Assembly (NCBI GenBank): GCA_030324005.1
Contig: JARDVH010000137.1
Location: 32,729,536 to 32,773,191 of the forward strand
Length of the DNA: 43,656 nt
Direction of reading: 5' to 3'
Source of the DNA: Negaprion brevirostris
Lineage: Eukaryota
In this document: piece after piece, positions 24,753 through 35,384 of the stretch
Numbering within the stretch: the first letter of the stretch is position 1
Layout: each line of letters starts with the position of its first letter
Notes under the pieces: model-generated
Seen by the model: the letters and a program-made list of their open reading frames with translations, nothing else
What the model was told of the DNA's origin: nothing
Databases searched by the model: none
Position numbers and translations under genes: made by a program

Positions 24753-25380
24753 GTACGTTGCGAAGTTGTTTTTCTTTGCTGTCTCCCCTCTGAAATAACT
24801 GACTTGCTTTTGGGTAGAATTCCAAGGGTCCATTTTATGCCCAGTCCTGAGTGGCTTTTTTTTGTCAATTTTCTCAATTGGGGCACTACATACAACGAGA
24901 TGAATGAGTAGCTCAGGCCTCCTGTTCCTGATTACCGTCTGGTGCCCTGTGTTGGGAGCAGTGTGAAATTGTGACTGTTTCCTTGTGATGGCCACCATAG
25001 TTGGATAACCTGCTGGGACTCTCTAGTTTACGTATGGATAGTGGCCATTTAGAATGGTGCACATCCTGATCTTAGCCTATGACAAGGGTTGGACAGTGCT
25101 TTGGCTAGATACCTGCAGAGAACTACGAATACCTGACTTCACACAATGTGAAATATTTACAGTCTGGTGATTACGAGGAAACCCTCCTGATTTCGGGCTG
25201 TATGTTCAGGTTTCTGGGAAGAGGGTTTTGGTTCTGGCTGTAGGGTGGGGCAGGGGTTCAGCTACCCAGGGAGGGGACTAAGGGCTGATGCGAAGTAACT
25301 AGTGTCTTGGAGTTGGAGTATTTCTGAGTTGGAGAGGTTCAGGTCTGATTCTTGTGACGTTCTTGCTTGTAATTTTCTAG

Positions 25381-25515
25381 GTTACTGGCTACGTACTTCA
25401 AGGCCGGTTGGACGACGCTCGACAGTTGCTGGCTAAGAAAGCTGCAACTGAACCTGCAAAAAGCTCCATGTACAGATGTATGAATGAACTGATGAAGAAG
25501 ATGCCTTTTTTTACT
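25381..25515 (+). CDS. NUP85: NUP85 exon 8 (VTGYVLQGRLDDARQLLAKK...MPFFT)
   Basis: Acceptor attttctAG, donor GTATGT, 135 nt, phase 0 to 0; VLQGRLD.ARQ motif. Confidence 0.95.
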
Positions 25516-25774
25516 GTATGTTTTCAAGTTAGATTTCTTTGCTCACTCCTTTCCCATCATTCTCTGAAGCTGACTCACTTTCGGGTAGAATTCCAAGCAT
25601 CCTTTTATTCACTGTACTCAATGGCCACATATTTTTGCCAGTTTTCTCTCTTCCCTCAGTTGGTGACTGCTTGCTGAAATATATTTCTTCAACCTCTGGC
25701 TTTTGATTGGTATTTACTTTTAAGTGGCCATTATTTATGTGGGACCCTAATTCTCCCTTAGGGGAGGCAGCCAC

Positions 25775-26085
25775 AGGATCATAGATTCCTGCAGAGCAGA
25801 AGGAGGCCATTTGGCCCATCGAGACTGCACAATCCCACACAGGCCCTATCTCTATAATCCCCTGCATTTACCCTAGCTAGTCCCCCTGGCATTAAGGGAC
25901 AATTTAGTATGGCAAGTCCACCTAACCTGCATATCTTTGGACTGTGGGAGGAAACTGAGCACCAGCAGGAAACCTATGCAGACATGGGGAGAATGTGCAA
26001 GCTCCACACAGACAGTGACCCAAGCCGGGAATCGAATCTGGGTTCCTGGTGCTGTGAGGCAGCAGTACTTGCCAGTGTGCTGCCC
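25775..26085 (-). mobile_element. V-domain (HE1-like) SINE with CR1-type tail (type A)
   Basis: Reverse tail catagattcctgcag..cagaaggaggccatttggccc; full reverse V core and head. Confidence 0.88.
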
Positions 26086-26089
26086 CACT

Positions 26090-27310
26090 GGTATTGCCGA
26101 CTTGCATTGTCACCAGACAAATAATCCAGAGACTCTGCAATATGCTCTGGGGCCTGGGTTCAAATCCTATCAGGCTGATCGTAGAACTTGAATTCAGAAA
26201 AAAAACCTTGAGTTTAAAGTCTAATAATGACCATGAATCCATTGACAATTGTTGCAAAAATCCACCTAATTCCCTAATATCCTTTTAGTGAAAAAAATCT
26301 GCTGCCCTTATCTAGTCTGGCCTACACATGCCTCCAGATCAACAGGTTGACTCTGAAATGGCCTAGCAAGCCACTCAGTTTTATCACAATCTAGAAAGTC
26401 TATAAGGAATGAAACTGGGTGAACCACATGGTTCCAACTTAGGCACAGAAACTGTCACGAGTAACTCAAAATTGGGAGAGCTGTCCTACAGATTATTCAA
26501 GCAACAGCTTGACATTGTCATCCTTATGGAATCATGTGTTACAGATAATGTCCCTGTCAGCACCATCACCACCTCTGGGCATGTCCTGTCTCACCAGTAG
26601 AGTATACAGTCAGGAGGGAGTTGCTCTGGGAATGCTCAACATTGACTCTGGACCCCATGAATTATCATGGCGTCAGACTGAACTTTTTGCTGATTACCAC
26701 ATGTCCCCGCCCCTCCTCTTGCCCCCAGTCTGACAGATTATTACTTCTCCCTGTTGAACACCTCTTGGAGGAAATACTGAGAGTAGAAAGGGTGTGGAAT
26801 GTACTCTGGGTGGGGTTCAATGCCCATCAACAAGAGTGACTGGGCTGCTCGAGACTTAAGGGACTGTGACAGATGTTGAGGGAAAAACATACTTGCCTCA
26901 TCTCACCAGTCTCCCTGCCTGTCACAGATCTATCTCTCCGTTACAATATTGGTAGGAGTGACCACTGCATAGTCCCTCTGGAGACGCTGTCCTGCCTTTA
27001 CATTGAGGATATCCTCAAAGAAAGAGTAAGCTAATGGCCTGGCAAATGCCCCACTCAATCATTACCGTCAAATCAGTGGATCAACCCTGGTTCAGTGAAG
27101 AGTGCAGGACAGTATGTATACCTGAAACAGCCCCAGACACGCCTAAAAAGGTGTCAATCTAGTGAAAATACAACACAAGACTACTTGAATGCCAAACTGC
27201 ATAAGTAGCAAACAATAGACCAAGTTAAACAATCCGACAGCCAATGGATCAGATCAAAGCTCTGTGGTCCTGCCACATCTAAGTGCGCATGGCGGTCCTC
27301 AGTTAAAAAT
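26090..27310 (+). mobile_element. Family X LINE 5' part: tRNA-like head, 5' region and decayed AP-endonuclease region
   Basis: B box ggttcaaatcc at 26157-26167; then KLGELSYRLFKQQLDIVILMES, VYSQEGVALGMLNIDSGPHELSW, NVLWVGFNAH (endonuclease DIV.L.E and GDFN-like motifs). Confidence 0.8.
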
Positions 27311-27835
27311 TCAGTTGAAAATCAGATCAGCAGCAATTGCTATTCCTCAATTAAGGGTGGGTAATCTGAAAGATTATACACTTACCTCTTTTCCTGTGAA
27401 CCTGGGTTGATGCAGTTTTGTGTATAGAATAAGAGACTGGCCAAACTCACTTTACAGACCTAGGTGACTGCAACAGTCAAAGGAAACCTTCATCGTGGAC
27501 TGGCTTTCAGTTTCTGTCCATGATTTGAAAGGGCAATGCCCAAACCAGCCTCCCCATTTCCTCACTTGCTGATTGAGGTTGTATCATCAAGAGGGAGAGA
27601 GTGCTGAGTGGAGGGCAGTGAGTGGGTGAGTTGGTTTTCTGTGCTGACAAGCAGTTCTCATGTGTTGTCTGCAACATTGGTGTCTGCCTTGGGTCCACAT
27701 CTAATCCTGCCCCTGGTTAGGCAATCTGGTTTCAGCTGGGCTTATATTTCAGAACGAGTTCTTTGCCTTGTCAGAACTTTGTTGATTGATATTAATTTTG
27801 GAAAGAGCTAATTATGTCTCCTTCATACTAAATTA

Positions 27836-28015
27836 TAGAAACATAGAAGATAGGAGCAGGAGGAGGCCATTTGGCCCATGGAACCTGCTCCACCATTCAT
27901 TATGATCATGGCTGATCGTTCAACTCAATAGCCTAATCCTGCTTTTTCCCCATAACCTTTGATCCCATTTGCCCTAAGTGCTATATCCAGCCACCTCTTG
28001 AATATGTATCCATAA
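27836..28015 (-). mobile_element. CR1 3' tail fragment
   Basis: IFKRWLDIALRANGIKGYGEKAG plus reverse tail tagaaacatagaa...ggccatttggccc. Confidence 0.85.
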
Positions 28016-28651
28016 ACAGAACCCTCCAGTCTTAGCATCATTGACTTCAAGTGTGGCTTTGAGACACAATTGCATAGCTCACAACAAGAAAGGCTTTGAA
28101 GACCCCTCACTGTCTCCCTCCCACCCCAGGTCTTGTGAAATTGGGCAATTGCTACCTTTCTACCACAGTTTGGAAGTCTTCATTGGAAAAGGAGGTGAGT
28201 GCATTCTGTGAAGTGAGGCCTTAGTTAATTTGTTGTAGGTAAAGGCTGATGCCAGATGTCAATCGCATCATTGTTCAGCTTTGTGAGTTAATTTCTAGGT
28301 TACTTAATCATAGAGAGCATCCGAGCCAAGACTGAACCTGTCTATCTGGCAGCATTGATACCTGTCTGGAAAGAGCTGATGTTTTGGCTCCTCACAACTC
28401 ATGCCAATTGTAATACTGCCATCCAATATAGGATTAGCTCTGCCACCACTGACTGGGCATTCAGTTTAGTCCTACATAAGCTGTTGCCTTTGCTCACTCG
28501 GGAACTAGTAACGTTTCCATTCTCATAAACCTAATGTGCAAGTTCTAATGTATTGTGTCTTGATGCTGTCTAATATGTTAACAATTATTAGGGCAATGTG
28601 AATATTGAACCATGTCATGCTTTCTTGAGCTTTTGCTTTCTGTCTCCTTAG

Positions 28652-28774
28652 CATGGCACGAATCAGTCTGTAACAGAGTTCGAATTGAAATGGCGGCACT
28701 GGCAGGAGGAATGTGAGCGATGCCTGAAAGAGGGAACTTTTGCATCCAGTGGAGAACTATTGCTAATCTGTCAG
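28652..28774 (+). CDS. NUP85: NUP85 exon 9 ([32 protein letters not shown]...)
   Basis: Acceptor ctccttAG, donor GTAAGA, 123 nt; ELKW.HW.EECER motif. Confidence 0.95.
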
Positions 28775-28815
28775 GTAAGAAAGAAGGCCATTGCTGAGCT
28801 CTGATTCAACTAAAT

Positions 28816-28940
28816 GGGCGGCACGGTAGCACAGTGGTTAGCACTCCTGCTTCACAGCTCCACGGACCTGGGTTCGATTCCTGGCTCAGGTCACTGTCTG
28901 TGTGGAGTTTGCACATTCTCCTCGTGTCTGTGTGGGTTTC
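28816..28940 (+). mobile_element. 3'-truncated V-domain SINE
   Basis: gggcggcacggtagcacagtggttagcact head, gggttcgattcc B box, start of the V core. Confidence 0.85.
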
Positions 28941-29070
28941 CAGGGCTGCTTTGCCCTGGATTGCTGTGGATTGTCAGTTAATGTGGCCAGTGGTCATACA
29001 CTTATGCTTTCTTTGTTGAACGTGACGTGACTGTTGTAAGGAGCCCACTCCATTTCTGTTCCCTTCTTAG

Positions 29071-29202
29071 ATCTTCGCAGGTAAAGAGGAAGCATTGAAG
29101 GAAAAAACGGATCTCTTGTCTACCTGGTACCACCTCCTGGTCAGCAAGCTACTGTACACCAACCCAACTATAAAACCCACTGATGTTTATCAACATGCTG
29201 AG
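29071..29202 (+). CDS. NUP85: NUP85 exon 10 (IFAGKEEALKEKTDLLSTWYHLLVSKLLYTNPTIKP...)
   Basis: Acceptor cccttcttAG, donor GTAAGA, 132 nt; WYH.LV..LLY.NPT.KP motif. Confidence 0.95.
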
Positions 29203-29498
29203 GTAAGAAACGTTTCAGAGAACTTGTCATGCCCAGCTTATCCACCAAGATACAGTGTGGTTTTTAATTTAAGTGGAGGAATTCATTCAGATTCTCACTC
29301 TCAATCTGAATCTACATCATCCCTGAATCTGATACTCAATGTAAAAATAAAGGTGTAGGTAGATACTGTAGTCAATGGGCAGCATGGGTTAGGCACCAAC
29401 ATTTAACCATGGCTTCAATTTGGACAGGTTGTACTAATGTCTATAAAATTAAAAGGAAATATTTTGAATCATGTCTATTTAATGGCGATAGCTTAGCA

Positions 29499-29578
29499 CA
29501 GCAGTCTCCAAAGTCCGATTGGGATGCGGCCCGCTGCAGGCTGGATGTGGCCCATGGGCCATAGTTTGGAGACCCCTG
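29499..29578. mobile_element. 80-bp hAT (Charlie-type) MITE
   Basis: TIRs cagcagtctccaaa / tttggagacccctg; flanking 8-mers gcttagca / acttagaa consistent with a hAT target-site duplication; internal ggccc/gggcc motifs. Confidence 0.8.
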
Positions 29579-30462
29579 ACTTAGAAGGTGCTTTATCCTG
29601 TATTCTATGATCTAATTTTGGGCTGTACCTGTCCTGGGAGTGTTTGATGGGAACAGTGTAGAAGGAGCTTTGCTCTGTATCTAACTCTGTGCTCTCACTA
29701 CCCGGGAATGTCGGACAGAATTATAAAGTGCTTGACAGAGCAGTTATTGATCTCCTGAAATTGGCTATGGTGTCTTAATACTCCCAAGTTAATTGAACAG
29801 GCTTTGTGTTGTTGGAGATAAAAATTCAGGAGGTCTTTCCTTAAATTGAGAAAGCTGGATAAATTTATCAATTGTGAGACAAGGCTAATCCAAATAATAC
29901 AGTTGTTTTGCAAACACTCTTTAGGTTGAGTCAGTCCATTTTGAGTGATGCCTGCTGCACTTGTCTGGTGTTTGTGAATATTCTGGTGTCACTGGGCACA
30001 CTTATTGCCACCTCACTAGCTCAGTCATGTTGCTTTGCATCTTCCTCTTCAGTTCCTCTTAAACTGGAAGTACAACATCCTTGACGCTACAGGCTTGCTG
30101 TGAATTAGTTGAGGTTGAGTAATGCAGGTATGAGTTCAAAATGGAGATAGATTCTAGGAGGAAGTACAGACTGAAGGAGGTGAAGAGTATTGTAGTTCTG
30201 AGACCCCAGGAAAAAATGAGTTCAGGGTGCCAAATATGGATTTAATGAGAATTTGAGAAGGAGGAATGTATATTGGACTGGGTATTTGCAATGTAACTGG
30301 AACAAATTAGGCAATTTCAGACCACATTTAGATTAGAAGATGGGAATGGCTATGTACAAGGAGAAGGGTAAAGAAATGAGCGAACAATAAGCTGTTACCA
30401 GCTACTTCTTGTATGTTGTGATCATTCTTGACAGCGATTCTCCTTCCTGTTGATGTGTGTAG

Positions 30463-30569
30463 CTCTGTCTGGATCATTTTGTTTCTTCTGGGAGCCAGTG
30501 TGATGCCCTGGACAGTATCCTGTTGGCAGCATTCGAATTCAATATTCACCAGGTTTTGAAAGATTGCAG
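30463..30569 (+). CDS. NUP85: NUP85 exon 11 (LCLDHF...[20 protein letters not shown])
   Basis: Donor GTGAGC, 107 nt, phase 0 to 2; [14 protein letters not shown] motif. Confidence 0.94.
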
Positions 30570-30764
30570 GTGAGCATGCATCCATCTGCAATATGCACAA
30601 AATTACAGTCAAATTATATTTCTTCTATCTTCAGAAAAAATGCCGGTGACTTATTTTTCTTCCTCCCACGTGTGATATCTATTTCCTTCATCTGGTACGC
30701 CCAAGCCAGAAGGAGAGGAGATTGAGGTTTATTTTTCTGTCTCTTTTATCCTAATTCGCTGTAA

Positions 30765-31195
30765 GGCCTGTTCACCATCACCTGTACTTGCTGACTTACC
30801 TTGTTTCCTGGTATGAAAGTGCCTCGATTTTAAAAATTTGCGTTTTGTTTTTGAATCCGTATGTAGCTTTTCCCTCACTATCTCTGTAACCTCCTGCACC
30901 CCTCCAAGACCTCCTTGCTGTTTGAATCCTGATCTCTTACATGTTCACAATTTTAATCACTTCACCATTGCTAGCTGTTCAGACCCTCAGCTCCACAATT
31001 TCTTTCATAAGTCTCACCGCCTCGCTACCTCGGTCTTTAAGATGCTCCTTAAAAGCTACCACTTTGATCAGATTTCCCGTCCTAATATCTGCCTATATGG
31101 CTGTGTTAAATTTTGTCTGATAATGGTCCTGTGAAACATTTTGAGATCTTTTCAACATGTTAAAGGTGTGATGGAATTGTAAGTTATTGTTGCTC
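30765..31195 (+). mobile_element. L2-like LINE 3' end
   Basis: Remnant ...RF.K... and SVFKMLLKSYHF segments; tail tgttaaaggtgtgatggaattgtaagttattgttg. Confidence 0.6.
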
Positions 31196-31567
31196 TCACC
31201 TACCCTCTTGTCCTGATATCTTTCAACATCCCCACTTTACTCTCTCCTCATGACTTCTGGCTTCTCTAATCCAAGTTTGATTTGTTGTCCTTACTCTGTG
31301 ATTCAGCTGTTGGACTAATTTGCTGAGCAACTATGAGATTGGAGCACTTGCAAGCTCCTTTGAAGTTCAGTTTATTTTTCTAGGTAGTGTTCGTTTAAAA
31401 TGTTAACATTGCTGACACTGAACTAATGCCAGGTACTCCTCTCTAAGTTGTGTGCTCTCGGGTTCTTATTTTTTATGGAAGCGTTGTTTTCCCATTCTGC
31501 TATGCATCCTGCTTTTTTACGCCAGTGTTTTCGTGCACTAATGTGTTTTATTTACCTCTTGTTACAG

Positions 31568-31651
31568 CGTCATCCTGAATAATTGGTGGTTTGTGGCCCA
31601 TCTAACAGACCTACTGGATCATTGCAACCTTCTGCAGTCTCATAATCTTCA
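31568..31651 (+). CDS. NUP85: NUP85 exon 12 ([27 protein letters not shown])
   Basis: Acceptor ttgttacAG, donor GTGAGT, 84 nt, phase 2 to 2. Confidence 0.96.
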
Positions 31652-31670
31652 GTGAGTATGTATATTTCAT

Positions 31671-31900
31671 CAAAAACAGAAAATGTTGGAAAATCTCAGC
31701 AGGTCTGACAGCATCTGTGGAGAGAGAATGGAGCCAACGTTTCAAGTCAGGATAACCCTTCATCAGGGTTCTGACGAAGGGTCATCTAGACTCAACGTTG
31801 GCTCTATGTTCTCTCCATAGATGCTGTCAGACCTGCTGAGGATTTCCAGCATTTTCTGTTTTTGTTTCAGATTCCAGCATCTCCAGTATTTTGCTTTTAT
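31671..31900. mobile_element. Palindromic element, probably Penelope-derived (family P1), with ~95-bp inverted arms
   Basis: caaaaacagaaaatg...cccttcatcag / ggtt / ctgacgaaggg...cattttctgtttttg are reverse complements; CTGANGA and GAAAC motifs in the arms. Confidence 0.75.
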
Positions 31901-31903
31901 CTT

Positions 31904-31978
31904 CATAGAATCATAGAAATCCTACAGTACAGAAAGAGGCCATTTGGCCCATCAAGTCTGCACTGACCACAATCCCAC
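31904..31978 (-). mobile_element. 3' tail of a type A SINE/CR1, truncated by a gap
   Basis: catagaatcatagaaatcctacagtacagaaagaggccatttggccc; similar to 25779-25840. Confidence 0.75.
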
Positions 31979-32573
31979 NNNNNNNNNNNNNNNNNNNNNN
32001 NNNNNNNNNNNNNNNNNNNNNNNNNNNNNNNNNNNNNNNNNNNNNNNNNNNNNNNNNNNNNNNNNNNNNNNNNNNNNNNNNNNNNNNNNNNNNNNNNNNN
32101 NNNNNNNNNNNNNNNNNNNNNNNNNNNNNNNNNNNNNNNNNNNNNNNNNNNNNNNNNNNNNNNNNNNNNNNNNNNNNNNNNNNNNNNNNNNNNNNNNNNN
32201 NNNNNNNNNNNNNNNNNNNNNNNNNNNNNNNNNNNNNNNNNNNNNNNNNNNNNNNNNNNNNNNNNNNNNNNNNNNNNNNNNNNNNNNNNNNNNNNNNNNN
32301 NNNNNNNNNNNNNNNNNNNNNNNNNNNNNNNNNNNNNNNNNNNNNNNNNNNNNNNNNNNNNNNNNNNNNNNNNNNNNNNNNNNNNNNNNNNNNNNNNNNN
32401 NNNNNNNNNNNNNNNNNNNNNNNNNNNNNNNNNNNNNNNNNNNNNNNNNNNNNNNNNNNNNNNNNNNNNNNNNNNNNNNNNNNNNNNNNNNNNNNNNNNN
32501 NNNNNNNNNNNNNNNNNNNNNNNNNNNNNNNNNNNNNNNNNNNNNNNNNNNNNNNNNNNNNNNNNNNNNNNNN

Positions 32574-32650
32574 AACCTCGAAAGCTAGTGAGTTTACTAT
32601 CAAATAAATCGGTTGGACTTAAACCTGGTGTTGTCAGACTTTTTACTGTG
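32574..32650 (-). mobile_element. Terminal arm of family P2 repeat, truncated by a gap
   Basis: Reverse complement of 9051-9099, preceded by ctcGAAAgct. Confidence 0.6.
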
Positions 32651-33389
32651 ATATTCCCAAGACCTGTTTTAGGGCAGGATTTTTGGTTTAATTACTGGGT
32701 TAGTACAGGAGGCTTAATGTGAAAATCCAAAACTTAAACAAAACAGCCCTGTGATTTATAAAAATCTTTCTTCAGAATAATTGTAGAATTGGAGCTGATC
32801 TTGGTCAATTTTGGGGTCTCTTTCCCCTCTTGCTTGTAAAGGCATTGCAGAGGTTAACTTCACAGGTGACTGCCAGCTGCCTTCAGCCCCTCTCACTGCT
32901 GATCACCCGGCAGGATTCTCTTCCTGTGAGTAAGTGGGTGACACTGCAACCTATCGTGATCCATGCTTCACTCAACATGTGGACTCGAGCCTCATGTAAC
33001 AGGACTTTTCCCGACCAGGGAGTGCTGAGGCTTGTTGTAGCATCCTTCCTGTGGCTTTGCTGTGATCAGTGATATTAGCATAAACCAGGAATTGACTAGA
33101 AAACTTTCTGGTCAGTATAGGTTTGTGTTACATCACTCAGTGTTTTACAGGGTATAGTGGTATTGGTAAGGATTCTTCATACTTGTAACATTTTAAACTG
33201 GTTGTGTATTGAAAATGAGGGACCGCTATGGAGGAGTGGGAATTGAATAAATGTATGAGGAGACAGTGCATCTTACTAATAGCCATAACTAATGGTCATT
33301 CAAACAGTTGGACTGCATGTCTAAGGTTTGATGTTCAAGATTATCAAGGGTCCGGAGTTAATTAAATCTTATGTTTTTCTTGTTAACAG

Positions 33390-33455
33390 TTTTGGTTCAA
33401 ACCTTCGCGAATTTCTCATTCTGGAGTATGCCTCTGGGCTCTTCAACCATGACAG
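33390..33455 (+). CDS. NUP85: NUP85 exon 13 (FGSNLREFLILEYASGLFNHD)
   Basis: Acceptor ttgttaacAG, donor GTGGGT, 66 nt, phase 2 to 2. Confidence 0.95.
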
Positions 33456-33613
33456 GTGGGTCACTGCAGTGTTTTAGTTTCAGTAACATCACATTATATC
33501 TGAACCTTACTGACTATATGCCAGTGTGTTTTGTTATTAAGGGTTGGTGTAGAGATTCTCTGTGCTGTTCTGTTGTGGGCTAATGTTGTGTCTATTCTGT
33601 TGAATGATTTCAG

Positions 33614-33765
33614 TCTCTGGCAGTTGGCCGTGGACTACTTTGACCACTGTCCGCAGTTTGGTCGCGTTTACCTGGAGCTTTATATTGAGCGTATACCTCT
33701 GAACACTGAACGCAAAGCACTGAAGGTGTTGAGAATATGTGAGCAGCGGCAGATGACAGAGCAAG
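33614..33765 (+). CDS. NUP85: NUP85 exon 14 ([50 protein letters not shown])
   Basis: Acceptor tttcAG, donor GTGAAG, 152 nt, phase 2 to 1; lies within ORF 33531-33797. Confidence 0.96.
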
Positions 33766-34220
33766 GTGAAGAGCTGCTTATTTTTAGTCAGTATTGATGG
33801 GACGAGGGTGGCATTTGTGAGCATTCACACTTTGGACACACTCTGTCTGCTCCCATACAGGATTCTTCAGGCTGGCATTTGAGAAACACATGTTTGTTCT
33901 CCTGCCCTCCTGTGCCCTCCTCTACCCTCCCAACCTTATTTCCCTTCTTGGTTAATGCTTCAGCGTCCACTCTACACTGCACTGTTTTCGTTCCCCCTCC
34001 CCACTATTAAGTTTCTCTTGTCAGCAGCACTCGGCTCTCTTTTCCCAGTGTTCCACAACCTCCTCACTATTACTCAATTTCACTTAACTGGATCCATACA
34101 ACCCTGATGCTCCTATACTTCAGCATGTGCACTTTCACCATCTATTCTTCCAGACCTTGTTACATCTTCCACTGGACTGTTCCTGCCTAGTCACTGAGAT
34201 TCTTGTATCTCTCAATCTGA

Positions 34221-34388
34221 CAGTTGGCAGCACTCTTGCCTCAAGTAACGGGGCTGTGGACATGAGGGTGCAAGTCTGATTGCAGAGGTTTGAGTTGAAA
34301 ATCCAAGCTGACATCCAGTGCATTACAAAGAGTGCACTGTCAGAAGTTCCATCTTTTGGCTAAGAATTAAACTGAGGCACTGTCTGTG
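34221..34388 (+). mobile_element. Deu-domain SINE (SacSINE1-like) 5' part
   Basis: cagttggcagcactcttgcctc head; cactgtcagaagttccatcttttggctaagaattaaactgaggc resembles the recalled Deu domain. Confidence 0.6.
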
Positions 34389-35266
34389 CTGTTACTAGCA
34401 GGTCTTTCTCACACAACCAACCCCAGGAGGTCTGACATGGCCATCCCTAACACAGCTCTCAACATTTCTCCTTGAGAAACTTTTTCTTTCATCTTTGATT
34501 CCATTGTCTTTAGCCCCTCTTTCAAACATAACTTTCCTGGAATATAAGAATACTTTTGGGTCAGATAGAATTTGATAACCTTGCCCTGTTTATTTATGAA
34601 ACAGTTGCAAGCTGTCACAGTCATTTTACATCCCTTTGAAATCTAATAATTGAAAACATCAAACTCTTACTTAGCTCCTAAAGCAAATTTCTACCCGCTA
34701 CCTGTTTATGTACAGAAAATTCATCAGCCATATCTACTTCAAATACTCACCTTTAACATTTTCTTCAAGTCTTCTGCCCAACCAGACAATCAGTCCCCAG
34801 CATATTTAAATTATGTTCACAGAAAGACACACAAGCCTGCTTCATAGAACTTAACACACACACTACTAAAACTATTATATATATTACCATTTCTCGTCAC
34901 AGCTTATAATTCTCCACAATGAACTCCACTTGCTATGGTTTTGCCCACTCACTGAATCTACCAATGTCTCTTCAGAACTTTCAGCTCCCACCTACAATGC
35001 TTACTATGTCATCTAACTTGGTACATCAGTAAATTTGGATATCCAGATCTCTACTCCTCACCTCACTCATCTGTAAGTCTGGTGAGTAGCTTAGGCCTTG
35101 GTACAAATTCTTGGGGACACTAGTCTCAATCTGTCAATTAGAGTACCCCCACCTTGTCTTCCTCCACCAGTTTCCCACCCAAACCAGTAAGTTGTCTCCT
35201 GCTTCACACGCTGACATTTTTAAGCCTGCAATTTCATCTTCATCTTCTGTGTATGTCTTCCTACAG

Positions 35267-35384
35267 TGCGGAGCATCTGTAAGATCATGGCGATGAAAGC
35301 TATACGCAACAACCGGCTGGGATCAGCGCTATCCTGGAGTGTCCGAGCGAAAGACGCATTCTTTGCAACTCTCATCTCAGACAG
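35267..35384 (+). CDS. NUP85: NUP85 exon 15 ([38 protein letters not shown])
   Basis: Acceptor ttcctacAG, donor GTCTGT, 118 nt, phase 1 to 2. Confidence 0.96.

Noticed and set aside
28816..28885. tRNA gene candidate with A and B boxes
   Set aside because: It continues directly into the V-SINE core and recurs in many diverged copies, so it is a SINE head.
29071..29086. Internal CAG/GTAAAG near the start of exon 10 as an alternative splice site
   Set aside because: Using it as donor or acceptor breaks the frame; the full 132-nt exon fits both phase and homology.
31671..31864. miRNA precursor or snoRNA
   Set aside because: The arms are longer than a typical pre-miRNA, related fragments occur elsewhere (about 13015-13090 and 38330-38370), and no C/D or H/ACA arrangement was seen; a repeat origin is simpler.
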